NCBI GenBank assembly: GCA_041746255.1
Contig: JBGTHM010000115.1
Coordinates: 1 to 64,000 of the forward strand
Length of the DNA stretch: 64,000 nt
DNA from: Fibrobacteria bacterium
GTDB taxonomy: Bacteria; Fibrobacterota; Fibrobacteria; UBA11236
Direction: 5' to 3'
A program made the position numbers and the translations under genes. The notes under the pieces are model-generated. The model had not been told where the DNA came from, did no database searches, and worked only from the letters and a program-made list of their open reading frames with translations. Below, piece by piece: positions 40,893-49,398 of the stretch. How positions within the stretch are numbered: the stretch's first letter is position 1; each line of letters opens with the position of its first letter.

Positions 40893-43340
40893 TCACAAGC
40901 TGGAGCTACTGAGCGCCTTCGGTAAATCGATTCCCACACCGAATTGCACGTAGAGATAAGGGGAGTCTTGATTCAACCCCCCCAAGCCGGCGCGTACGGG
41001 ACCGGCCGGCGAGGCCCAATCCAGGCCCGTTTCCCAATAGTATTGACGCGGAGTGATTTCCATCCCATGTTGTGCATGTAATTTTTCCATGCCATCGCCC
41101 AGCCTTTCAAATGCACCGACTCCCAAAAGCAAAGTCCACCGTTTCCAGGTTGGCCGCCAATTTACTCGGGCGTTCAGGAAATATTCGGATAAAAAAGGCA
41201 ACATCATCGCGGTATTTTGGAAGGAGAGGGCCTGCGCCTCACCCAAGACCAGGATTTCGGGAGGGAATTTGACTACTGGATCCAAATCCGACCAATAATA
41301 ATGGCCATGCATGGCCCAGTCACCCCAATGTAAATCCACGCCGGCCTCACGCACTTGCGAAGGCGGTTTGGGCGCTCCGAAAAGGATTTCCGGGTTTCGA
41401 TGTTTATAGCGTAGGAAAAATTGGTGCGTCGCCTTTAAAAAGTCTTTCGGCGAACGAATGCGGATTTCCTGGGTAAAGTCGGTGGAAAGATAGGAACCAC
41501 TGGGTATGACCAGGATGGGCAGAATCTCAGGCGTCTCGATTTCGACATCCTCGTCCTTATACAAAATTTCCACGCGGGCAATTTGAGTCGAGAATTCGAG
41601 GGGGGAATCGGGGAAAAGCCGTAAAAAAAGTTCGCCCTGGTCCAGTTTCACATCGGTGGAGATGGCGCCGAGTTTCCGTAAGGCCCGTGTGGGCTCCGGA
41701 TGAAGCCACTCCTGGATATACCTGCGAACTCCAAATTGCAGCGTTACCGGATGCAAGGGATGCGCGAAAACTTGTCCTCCGTAACCGCTCCCTCTGCCTC
41801 CGAGAGCCAATGCGCCGTCGACCACGAAAGGAACGTAAAAGGGCTCCGCCCACGTCAGCCTCCCGAATGCCTGGGTATTCCGGCCGCTTAGCCAATTCCC
41901 TCCACCCTGAAGGGTGATTTTCGATTTTTCCATCCCCTCGAATAACAAAGAGGAGCGCCCAATCACCGAATCGCGCACCCAGGAAACATCCAGGTTACTA
42001 TAAAACCCGGAAAACGCCAGCGATTCCATCGCCACCCGGTTCAATTCGGGAGTCTGTTTTTTTGATTCCCGTTGCAACATGTCCAGCAGCAATTGCCTGC
42101 CTCCCGACGCCAATTCATCCACCGACACATGTTCAATGCCCAAGGGAAGCCGGGCGGAAGCCATGGTTTTCCCGTCCCCCTCTTTTTTTCCCAACACCGC
42201 CCGCAACACGTCCATCATTTCCAGAACCGCGACATATCCCCGCATCCGCCACGCTTCGGGCTTCAACCTCTCCGCGGAATCCAGGGGAGGAATCACCGGT
42301 ATTTCCAAAATTTTATCCTCGTTACCGCTCCAACTCTGTTGTGAAGACCTTCGTTTCACCTGCTGGTTGAGAGAATCGATCCAAGGCGGATCGCCATGCG
42401 AGAAACCCGGAACAGCGCCGCTACCGGAACGGAAATCGACGATAAGCAACCTGTCGAAAGTGAAAGCGGAATCCCGCAATATCGGCATATTCCCGGAGAC
42501 CAAGGAGCCCGATGTCAGGAAAGAGCGGTACTGCCTCTCTCGAACCCACTCGCTTGGAAGCACCGAAGCCTTGAGCAATTCCTGCAGTGAACCGCTGCCC
42601 GCAGTGACGATATCCCCCGTACGGGTATCGGTCATTTGTAAATACAACTTGCGGCGCGTATGCTCCAATCGATCCACGGGCCCACCCGGCGCCTCGTGAC
42701 TCACTTGCGCCATCAGCCAGGCGGCATGCACATGCTCCGATGTCAGTGTGCTGGGACGGGTTCCCAAACGTAAATTTTCACCGCTACCGCTGATATTACC
42801 CAGCCGGTATTCCAATTGGGGACGACCATGCCGCCGAAAAAAATCGGCGGGCCCTGTAGGCGGAACCCTTTCCAAAGGACGAAAATAATAGCCGGGATCG
42901 CGCTCCAGCAATCGCACACCCAATTCATCCAAGGGATAATCGACGGCCCAGGCGGCGCCCAGCAAGGCGGATATCCCCTCCGCCAAAACCACATCGGGCT
43001 CCAGTCCATAATCGCGCATGGCTTGCAATGCGCCCAATTGGGTAAACAGCAACCAATTATCGCTGCTGAGAAACAGCACGTTGCCATGATGCTCACTTCC
43101 CGGAAGCGCTTTCTGGGCTCCGGAGTCCGGCACAGAAACGGCCGCCGTATTGTGCGGTTCTGGCTGCTCAGGAGGCTTTGGTAAGCTCGTGCCTACGGTG
43201 TCTTCAGCTTGTTCGGGAGGGTCGGGAAGGTTTTCCGAGGTATCCAGCGTTACGAACGCGAAGGAAGAGGTCACCAGCAGGGCTAGAGTCCCAAAAGCCA
43301 GGGCGGTTGTGTTTTTCCGGGATCGCTTTTTAATTTGCAT
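40893..43340 (-). CDS. Degenerate patatin-like domain fused to a C-terminal beta-barrel (PlpD-like architecture)
   Basis: Signal peptide, patatin-like spacing without the catalytic motifs, and a C-terminal WASPAGPVRAG...YVQFG Omp85-like end. Confidence 0.6.
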   Translation of the reverse strand: MQIKKRSRKNTTALAFGTLALLVTSSFAFVTLDTSENLPDPPEQAEDTVGTSLPKPPEQPEPHNTAAVSVPDSGAQKALPGSEHHGNVLFLSSDNWLLFTQLGALQAMRDYGLEPDVVLAEGISALLGAAWAVDYPLDELGVRLLERDPGYYFRPLERVPPTGPADFFRRHGRPQLEYRLGNISGSGENLRLGTRPSTLTSEHVHAAWLMAQVSHEAPGGPVDRLEHTRRKLYLQMTDTRTGDIVTAGSGSLQELLKASVLPSEWVRERQYRSFLTSGSLVSGNMPILRDSAFTFDRLLIVDFRSGSGAVPGFSHGDPPWIDSLNQQVKRRSSQQSWSGNEDKILEIPVIPPLDSAERLKPEAWRMRGYVAVLEMMDVLRAVLGKKEGDGKTMASARLPLGIEHVSVDELASGGRQLLLDMLQRESKKQTPELNRVAMESLAFSGFYSNLDVSWVRDSVIGRSSLLFEGMEKSKITLQGGGNWLSGRNTQAFGRLTWAEPFYVPFVVDGALALGGRGSGYGGQVFAHPLHPVTLQFGVRRYIQEWLHPEPTRALRKLGAISTDVKLDQGELFLRLFPDSPLEFSTQIARVEILYKDEDVEIETPEILPILVIPSGSYLSTDFTQEIRIRSPKDFLKATHQFFLRYKHRNPEILFGAPKPPSQVREAGVDLHWGDWAMHGHYYWSDLDPVVKFPPEILVLGEAQALSFQNTAMMLPFLSEYFLNARVNWRPTWKRWTLLLGVGAFERLGDGMEKLHAQHGMEITPRQYYWETGLDWASPAGPVRAGLGGLNQDSPYLYVQFGVGIDLPKALSSSSL

Positions 43341-43342
43341 TC

Positions 43343-43669
43343 ATGCACGTATTACTGGTTTACATTACTACTCAAGATAAGTCCGAAGCCAGAAAAATAG
43401 GGGCCGCCCTGGTGAAAAACCGCCTGGCGGCCTGCGTGAATATTCTGGAGGGAATGGAATCGATTTATTGGTGGCAGGGCAAGCTGGAAGAAGGACACGA
43501 ATGCGTTCTCATCGCCAAAACCGTAGAGGAGAAATTTTCCGAACTCCAGGCCATGGTGCTGGAACTCCACAGTTATTCTTGTCCCTGCGTGATTTCCGTA
43601 AAAGTGGAGGCGGGTAATCCGGATTACCTTGCATGGATAGCCGCCGAATGCGGAAGTCAGCATGCCTAG
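43343..43669 (+). CDS. cutA: Divalent-cation tolerance protein CutA
   Basis: RLAACVNI, SIYWWQG and HSYSCP motifs. Confidence 0.93.
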   Translation: MHVLLVYITTQDKSEARKIGAALVKNRLAACVNILEGMESIYWWQGKLEEGHECVLIAKTVEEKFSELQAMVLELHSYSCPCVISVKVEAGNPDYLAWIAAECGSQHA

Positions 43670-44219
43670 GGTATTCGTGGGAATCGACCTGCCCCGCCCC
43701 ACCAAAGATGAAATCGCCGAGGTGGCGCAGGGTTTGATCGGCGCGCGATGGACGGACCCGGATAATTACCATGTGACCTTACGCTTTCTGGGGGATTTAA
43801 GCAGCCCGGATTTGCAAGCCCTTCGGGAAAGGCTGGGGAGTCTCCGTTGCCCAAATTTTCCTTTGCGTATTCGGGGCATGGGTCATTTTCCTCCCCGGGG
43901 TCAGCCGACAACTTTATGGGCGGGAGTAGAGCGCTCGGATGAGTTGGTTTCCCTCCGTAACCGGGTGGAACGCCTGGCCGTAAAAATGGGCTTCCCCGGC
44001 GATTCCCGCAATTTCTTCCCGCATATCTCGCTTGCGAATGTGAAGGGCGCACGTCCCGATCAGGTGGGCTTGTTTCTGCAAAATTTTTCGCTTTTCGAGG
44101 CGGAAGTGATTACCGCCCGGGCCTTTAGCTTATACTCCAGCTTACTGACTTCGGAGGGCCCTGTTTATACCATTGAAGCCGAATACGGCCTGGACGGCGA
44201 GCCGAACGGGGATGATTGA
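43662..44219 (+). CDS. thpR: RNA 2',3'-cyclic phosphodiesterase (2H family)
   Basis: Two HxT/S motifs, YHVTLRFLG and PHISLA. Confidence 0.9.
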   Translation: MPRVFVGIDLPRPTKDEIAEVAQGLIGARWTDPDNYHVTLRFLGDLSSPDLQALRERLGSLRCPNFPLRIRGMGHFPPRGQPTTLWAGVERSDELVSLRNRVERLAVKMGFPGDSRNFFPHISLANVKGARPDQVGLFLQNFSLFEAEVITARAFSLYSSLLTSEGPVYTIEAEYGLDGEPNGDD

Positions 44220-44253
44220 TTTAGCCGCGAGGTCGGTCGCGAAGCGTTGAAGT

Positions 44254-45060
44254 TTAGAGGAAATCGCGACGGTTAAACCACAGGCAGGTAATCAGCAATA
44301 TGGCCCCTATGAACGACATGCCATAAATCGTGGTCAATACCAGATAATTCTCCGGAACCGGCAAATCATAGACCACTCTCCCCCGGATGTTGAAATTTTC
44401 CAGGTTGGGAATGAAATAATAGGTGGCTTTCGCGATGCCTTCCGTCCACGGGGAAACCTCAGGGTTACCGGGGAGACGGCTGCCGTATTTTTTAATGAAG
44501 GCGATGTGGTTCAAGATATCCCCGGAAAGGTGGCCCGCCACATAGACGCCCAGGGTAAATACCGCGCTCAGGGTCGGAGTGGAAAAGGAGGAGAACAGCA
44601 GGGCCACGGCCACGATCACGGCCATTTCCCAATAGATCAGGTAAATCGCTCCCAGTAGTCGCCAATCGGGGTGATAGTGTCCGAACCATAAAATGGCATA
44701 GAAGAAAACCGTCATCACCGACAAATTGATCAGCAACACCGCCAGCAATCCCAGGTATTTGCCGACAATGAAATACCAGCGCGGAATGGGCTTGGCGAGC
44801 AAGGTCAAAGCCGTTTTACGCTGAATTTCCTTTTGCACCAAACCGATGCCTACGAAAATGGACATGAGCAATCCGCTGATGGACATGACCGCCAAGGTGA
44901 AGTCCTTAATGACTTTTTCGGCGCCGAGTACCGACCATTCCCCCAGCACCAGGGAAAAACAAATCAGCCCCAAGGCGAAAATCACCAGATTATAGAGGAT
45001 TTTATCGCGGACTGTTTCGCGAAACGCATTGAAGGCAATGGTACTGATCGCTTGTATCAT
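44254..45060 (-). CDS. ABC-2 type transporter permease (PilI-like)
   Basis: IA.N.FRE.VRDK and EI...T....LAKP..R..FIVGKY motifs; C-terminal F.RRD. Confidence 0.8.
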   Translation of the reverse strand: MIQAISTIAFNAFRETVRDKILYNLVIFALGLICFSLVLGEWSVLGAEKVIKDFTLAVMSISGLLMSIFVGIGLVQKEIQRKTALTLLAKPIPRWYFIVGKYLGLLAVLLINLSVMTVFFYAILWFGHYHPDWRLLGAIYLIYWEMAVIVAVALLFSSFSTPTLSAVFTLGVYVAGHLSGDILNHIAFIKKYGSRLPGNPEVSPWTEGIAKATYYFIPNLENFNIRGRVVYDLPVPENYLVLTTIYGMSFIGAILLITCLWFNRRDFL

Positions 45061-45959
45061 ACTTTCGCGACCTCCTGCGCCAATACGTCTTCCAGGGAGC
45101 CACGTAACGGTTCCATCTGTTCGATTTCCAAATTCTTATCCAGGGCGAATCGCAGGAATTCCCGTTTGGAGGCGGCCGTCGAGCAATGGATGTGGAATTG
45201 ATCAGTCGTTTCGCAATCCGCGGGCAATTCGCCCGTCGGTAAGGGCTGCGAAAGCCGTATTTGAAAACCGTCGGAATGGTCTCCGATGACTTCGGATACC
45301 GAACCTTCGCGTCGGATACTTCCGTCCACAATCATGGCTATGCGAGTGCAAATGGCTTCGACATCACTGAGCACATGCGTGGAATAGAACACCGTGGTTC
45401 CTTCCCTGTGGAGACGCTGCAGCAGAAGGCGGACGTCGCGCCTTCCCATGGGATCGAGCCCCGACATGGGTTCGTCAAAAATGACTGCCTTCGGACGCGA
45501 AATCAGCGCCTGGGCCAATCCGACCCGTTGCAGCATCCCTTTACTGTACGACCGCAATCTCCGCTCCAGCCAAACCGGATCGGCGCCGGCCAAAGCCGCC
45601 GATTCTTCGATTCGCTGCTGCAATTCACGACCCCGGAGTCCGCCCAATTTGCCGTAGAACCGGAGTAACTCGTGGCCGGTAAGATAATCGTAGAAATAGG
45701 GCTGCTCGGGCAGATAGCCGACATATCGGCGGCTTTCGGGATGGCCTGCCGGTCGACCCATCAACATGACCTTTCCCGAAGTGGCCTTCAATAAACCCAG
45801 GACCACCTTGATTGTGGAGGATTTTCCGGAACCATTAGGCCCGATAAACCCGAACAAATCTCCCTCCCGTACTTCCAAATTGATGCCTTTCAAAGCATAT
45901 ACGGGTTTGCGCAAAAATTCGGGTTTAAAGGTTTTGCGCAAATCGGAAATTTGAATCAT
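45057..45959 (-). CDS. ABC transporter ATP-binding protein (PilH-like)
   Basis: GPNGSGKS, YSKGMLQR and DEPMSGLDP motifs. Confidence 0.9.
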   Translation of the reverse strand: MIQISDLRKTFKPEFLRKPVYALKGINLEVREGDLFGFIGPNGSGKSSTIKVVLGLLKATSGKVMLMGRPAGHPESRRYVGYLPEQPYFYDYLTGHELLRFYGKLGGLRGRELQQRIEESAALAGADPVWLERRLRSYSKGMLQRVGLAQALISRPKAVIFDEPMSGLDPMGRRDVRLLLQRLHREGTTVFYSTHVLSDVEAICTRIAMIVDGSIRREGSVSEVIGDHSDGFQIRLSQPLPTGELPADCETTDQFHIHCSTAASKREFLRFALDKNLEIEQMEPLRGSLEDVLAQEVAKV

Positions 45960-46270
45960 CCGCCTCTTCCCTTTCTTTTTCCCATCCGGTGCCGATAAAA
46001 GAGGATGCGACCCAGAAAGTATGACATCGCACCCGCCATCAATAGGTATTTCCCCAGTAAATTAGCGTCTATCACGAAATCATCGTATTGCAAAGGGTGA
46101 TTTCGGGAGAGATAAAAACATAATCCGGCCAATAGAATCGAGACGAATCCACCTATAACCAGAGTCCGGCTGAGCCGTTCGGTCCAGGGTGGTTTTTCGA
46201 AAAGCGCCTCCTGAGGCGACAATCTGGGTTTTCCGGACGGCATGGAATGGTTTTCAGGTTTTTCACTCAT
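45956..46270 (-). CDS. Small two-TM membrane protein
   Basis: Two hydrophobic helices; AAGGA RBS; ATGA overlap with the ATPase gene. Confidence 0.6.
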   Translation of the reverse strand: MSEKPENHSMPSGKPRLSPQEALFEKPPWTERLSRTLVIGGFVSILLAGLCFYLSRNHPLQYDDFVIDANLLGKYLLMAGAMSYFLGRILFYRHRMGKRKGRGG

Positions 46271-46399
46271 TGCATTTTCCTTTTATCGGGGAAAAGAATT
46301 CAAGGTTAGGATCGGTTTTTCCAAGTTAACAATTCCGGAGGGACGAATCCGCCGACTTTAACCCTTTCGGGCGTGAATAAGCGTATGCGTGAACGAATA

Positions 46400-47071
46400 T
46401 CAATGGAGATCTTCGGCCCGCACCCTGACTCCACCGAACTGCTCGAGCAAATACACAGCCTGGCGGATAGGATCCGATTCCTTGCTTCGCGCCAGACTTT
46501 CCGCTCCTTGCAGGATCAAGGGGAAGGTCCGGTACAAATCGAGCTTCCAACCGCCGCGTTCATTCACAAAATGGAAAACGGGAACCCGATCGGCTTTCGC
46601 AAACCCTAATTCCGCCGAATTACCGAAAACATGGTAGTTTCCCAGACCGCCTTTCAAGATGCTGCTCTTGACGGTCGAATTATGCATAACGGCTTTCTCG
46701 AGGATGGACATGGGAGTGGGTATGAAAGCGGGATTAAGGCGCTGCTCCACGCGTAAGGCCACAACCGTCAGCACTTCAAAGAAGGGGCGTTCCCGCAATC
46801 TGTCCGCCTTCTCGGCCCGGGCCGAATAACGCATGTCTTGCAGCCATTCCTGTGTCCGGGTGGAAAGCCCCTGCAATACCGCTTCGGAATTTCCCGCCTG
46901 GACGGCCTGGCGGAAAGAGAGGAAGAACTTCTCCACCGCCGCCGCGGCTTCGGGATCCGACTCCGCCACCCGCTGGGAAGCGCTTCCTCCGGCACATCCC
47001 ACAAGCAAAGCCGTCACAACGAGCAACAGGGCAGGAAATAAGGAGTTACTTCCTCTTAGCACGGCTCTCAC
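46400..47071 (-). CDS. Hypothetical lipoprotein
   Basis: Lipobox LVG-C; start overlaps the stop of the upstream gene. Confidence 0.6.
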   Translation of the reverse strand: MRAVLRGSNSLFPALLLVVTALLVGCAGGSASQRVAESDPEAAAAVEKFFLSFRQAVQAGNSEAVLQGLSTRTQEWLQDMRYSARAEKADRLRERPFFEVLTVVALRVEQRLNPAFIPTPMSILEKAVMHNSTVKSSILKGGLGNYHVFGNSAELGFAKADRVPVFHFVNERGGWKLDLYRTFPLILQGAESLARSKESDPIRQAVYLLEQFGGVRVRAEDLH

Positions 47072-49398
47072 CGCAGATTATCCTCTAAAACGGCCAGCCG
47101 ATTCGCGAAAGCAGCGCGTTTCTTTTCCCAACTTTTTCGACTCCATTCGTCGTCGGGTCGGAACTGTTTGTGCGTGAAAAAATCCAGGAAATCCGCCAAG
47201 GCATCCCTGTCAAAGGGGTTTTGGAAAATGAGGTAACCTTCGGCAATAGCCAATGCCTCGTCGATATTCCGGTTATCGATGTTCGTATTTTCCCGCCACG
47301 TCCAATAGGCCAAGGCCGCCGCTTCCGCCTCCACTCCTTGCTGTAATCCCAAAGCCTTCAGTGCGAATCCCCGGGCCATTTGCGGGTTGGATTGGATTTC
47401 CGGTTGCCGCAACAGAAAATCCAGGGAAAGTCCGTCCAGTTCTTCGCTGTCAATACGGTACAACATGGCCTGCAAGGCTTCCACACGCTCTCCCTCCCGC
47501 AAGAGACAACCTGCGAGCAAAATCGCCATACCCCCGGAAAGCCTCCTTTCGCGGCTGTATAGTCTGATGAAATTTATGGCGCGAGCGTATTCCCCGGATT
47601 GATAAAGGCTGCGTAAATATTCCAGCATCTGGCTTTCGTACACCTGGTGTTTCAGGAGAAATTCCGACATGACGGAATCGGCGTCGGAATCCTGGGACTT
47701 TATACCCGTCCAATAGCGGTATTCCCAATCCGGGAAATGCAATCCCGTTCCTGCCGACCTGCCGAGATGGTGGATGACGTCCGGTAAATCCTTGCCGGAG
47801 GAATGCGCCAAAAGGTATTGCAAATACGCTTCGCTTTGGGCCTCCGCATCTTTTCCGAGAATTCCAATCACTTCGTCATAACGGGAGTCCGGAACGACAA
47901 CGGCAAGAGTATTGTAAAGACGGCTCCAATCTTCTCCAAAGCGAGTCCATCTTTGGTCGTCCCAGATATCGTAGGTATTGACGTCGTAGGTTACCAGCGT
48001 GCGTAAAACCTCATCGTATCCGAAAACCGCCAGCACATGGCCCGGTATGAATGTCAGCACGGGAATACCGGCATCGATAAGCCGGAATAAATCCTCCATT
48101 TTTCTCAACGGCAAAACCAGATTCCGGAATCCCCGCGATTCCGCGAAGAAAACCTCGTCCGTCATAAGGCTTCCCTGTTCCAATTGCGTGATTTCGGCTC
48201 CGATATGCCTGGCTCCCGCCCGATCACCCCAAAAGTTTAAAATGAGTCCCAGCGAATTCGGAACGCAATAGGCGCTTTTGTATTCCGTCTTCGCTTCGAT
48301 GCCCGGTATCACCACCCTGCGGCTACGTTCCCCGTCCGCGGTATCCAACCTGTCCTTGAAATCATGCGCATCCAAAAGCAACTGCGATTGCCGGTTATGC
48401 TTGACGATCATGGACACGAACGCTTCTTTCGCCTCTAAGATTTTCCCGTTCTTGCGATGGAGCAAACCTAAACGGAATTGCAGATAAGACTTCAGCGATG
48501 CCGATTCGGATCCTTCCAAGGCGCGTGAATAGAAGGGTACGGACCAATGCGTCATCCCCTGCTTTTCAAAATATTGTCCCAACAAAAGCGCATAGCTTAC
48601 CGGGGTGCCGGTAAAGAAGGTTACACCGGCCATGGACACCAGCAACGCACCCATGCGCCGGCCGAATCGCCCGGTAAAGCGTCGGTTGAACGACAAAGCT
48701 CCCTTCGAATCCTGGAAAGCGAGAATGACGGGAGGTAAGGCGATTAGCCATAACAAGAGGAAAAGGGATTGCCGCGTGGTCTCAAACCAGGAAGGAAACA
48801 AACCCAAAGAGGCGACCTGCCAAAAAGGAACGACTACGGCAATGAGGAATAACTGGTAAATCACCATATGTGTGGTGAATGCCAGCAGGCAAAATCCCGC
48901 GAAACCGGGAACCGTGGGCGCTTTGCCGAAACGTGCGAGCGGCAGCGCGCAGAAAAAAACCAACAAAATCAGGGAAGTCCAAGCTACGCCCAACCCGGTG
49001 GAGATTCCCTCCAAGGAGGCGTTAACCGGATAATACCGGCTCCATAACGCATCCGCCAGCCATTGTTCCCAGGCAGCCCACATGAGCGCGGGAGGGGCGG
49101 CCGCCAGGGTAACGGCGGCGGCGATGCGGAGCGTGTTGATTCTCCGTTGCGGATGCGGCTGACGAGGCCCGGAGTGGCGTGCTATCAGATAAAGGAAAAA
49201 GGGAAGATTCCAAAACAGGTATCCAGCGGGCGGCAACCACCAGGCGGGCGACCAAATCAGCAGCAGATAAGGAGGAAGTCCGCCCAGAAGGAAAATCCGC
49301 TTCATCCGCCGGGAAAATTCCGTTCCCATGAAGAAAAGCGCCGCCCAGGGTCCGCCCAATAGCGCCAACAAGCTTGCGAAGCGGGGCAGTTTTGTCAT
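47068..49398 (-). CDS. Multi-TM protein with TPR and C39-like cysteine peptidase domain
   Basis: Hydrophobic N-terminal third; SAYCVPNSL (Cys), GHVLAVFGYD (His) and VTYD (Asp). Confidence 0.7.
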   Translation of the reverse strand: MTKLPRFASLLALLGGPWAALFFMGTEFSRRMKRIFLLGGLPPYLLLIWSPAWWLPPAGYLFWNLPFFLYLIARHSGPRQPHPQRRINTLRIAAAVTLAAAPPALMWAAWEQWLADALWSRYYPVNASLEGISTGLGVAWTSLILLVFFCALPLARFGKAPTVPGFAGFCLLAFTTHMVIYQLFLIAVVVPFWQVASLGLFPSWFETTRQSLFLLLWLIALPPVILAFQDSKGALSFNRRFTGRFGRRMGALLVSMAGVTFFTGTPVSYALLLGQYFEKQGMTHWSVPFYSRALEGSESASLKSYLQFRLGLLHRKNGKILEAKEAFVSMIVKHNRQSQLLLDAHDFKDRLDTADGERSRRVVIPGIEAKTEYKSAYCVPNSLGLILNFWGDRAGARHIGAEITQLEQGSLMTDEVFFAESRGFRNLVLPLRKMEDLFRLIDAGIPVLTFIPGHVLAVFGYDEVLRTLVTYDVNTYDIWDDQRWTRFGEDWSRLYNTLAVVVPDSRYDEVIGILGKDAEAQSEAYLQYLLAHSSGKDLPDVIHHLGRSAGTGLHFPDWEYRYWTGIKSQDSDADSVMSEFLLKHQVYESQMLEYLRSLYQSGEYARAINFIRLYSRERRLSGGMAILLAGCLLREGERVEALQAMLYRIDSEELDGLSLDFLLRQPEIQSNPQMARGFALKALGLQQGVEAEAAALAYWTWRENTNIDNRNIDEALAIAEGYLIFQNPFDRDALADFLDFFTHKQFRPDDEWSRKSWEKKRAAFANRLAVLEDNLR

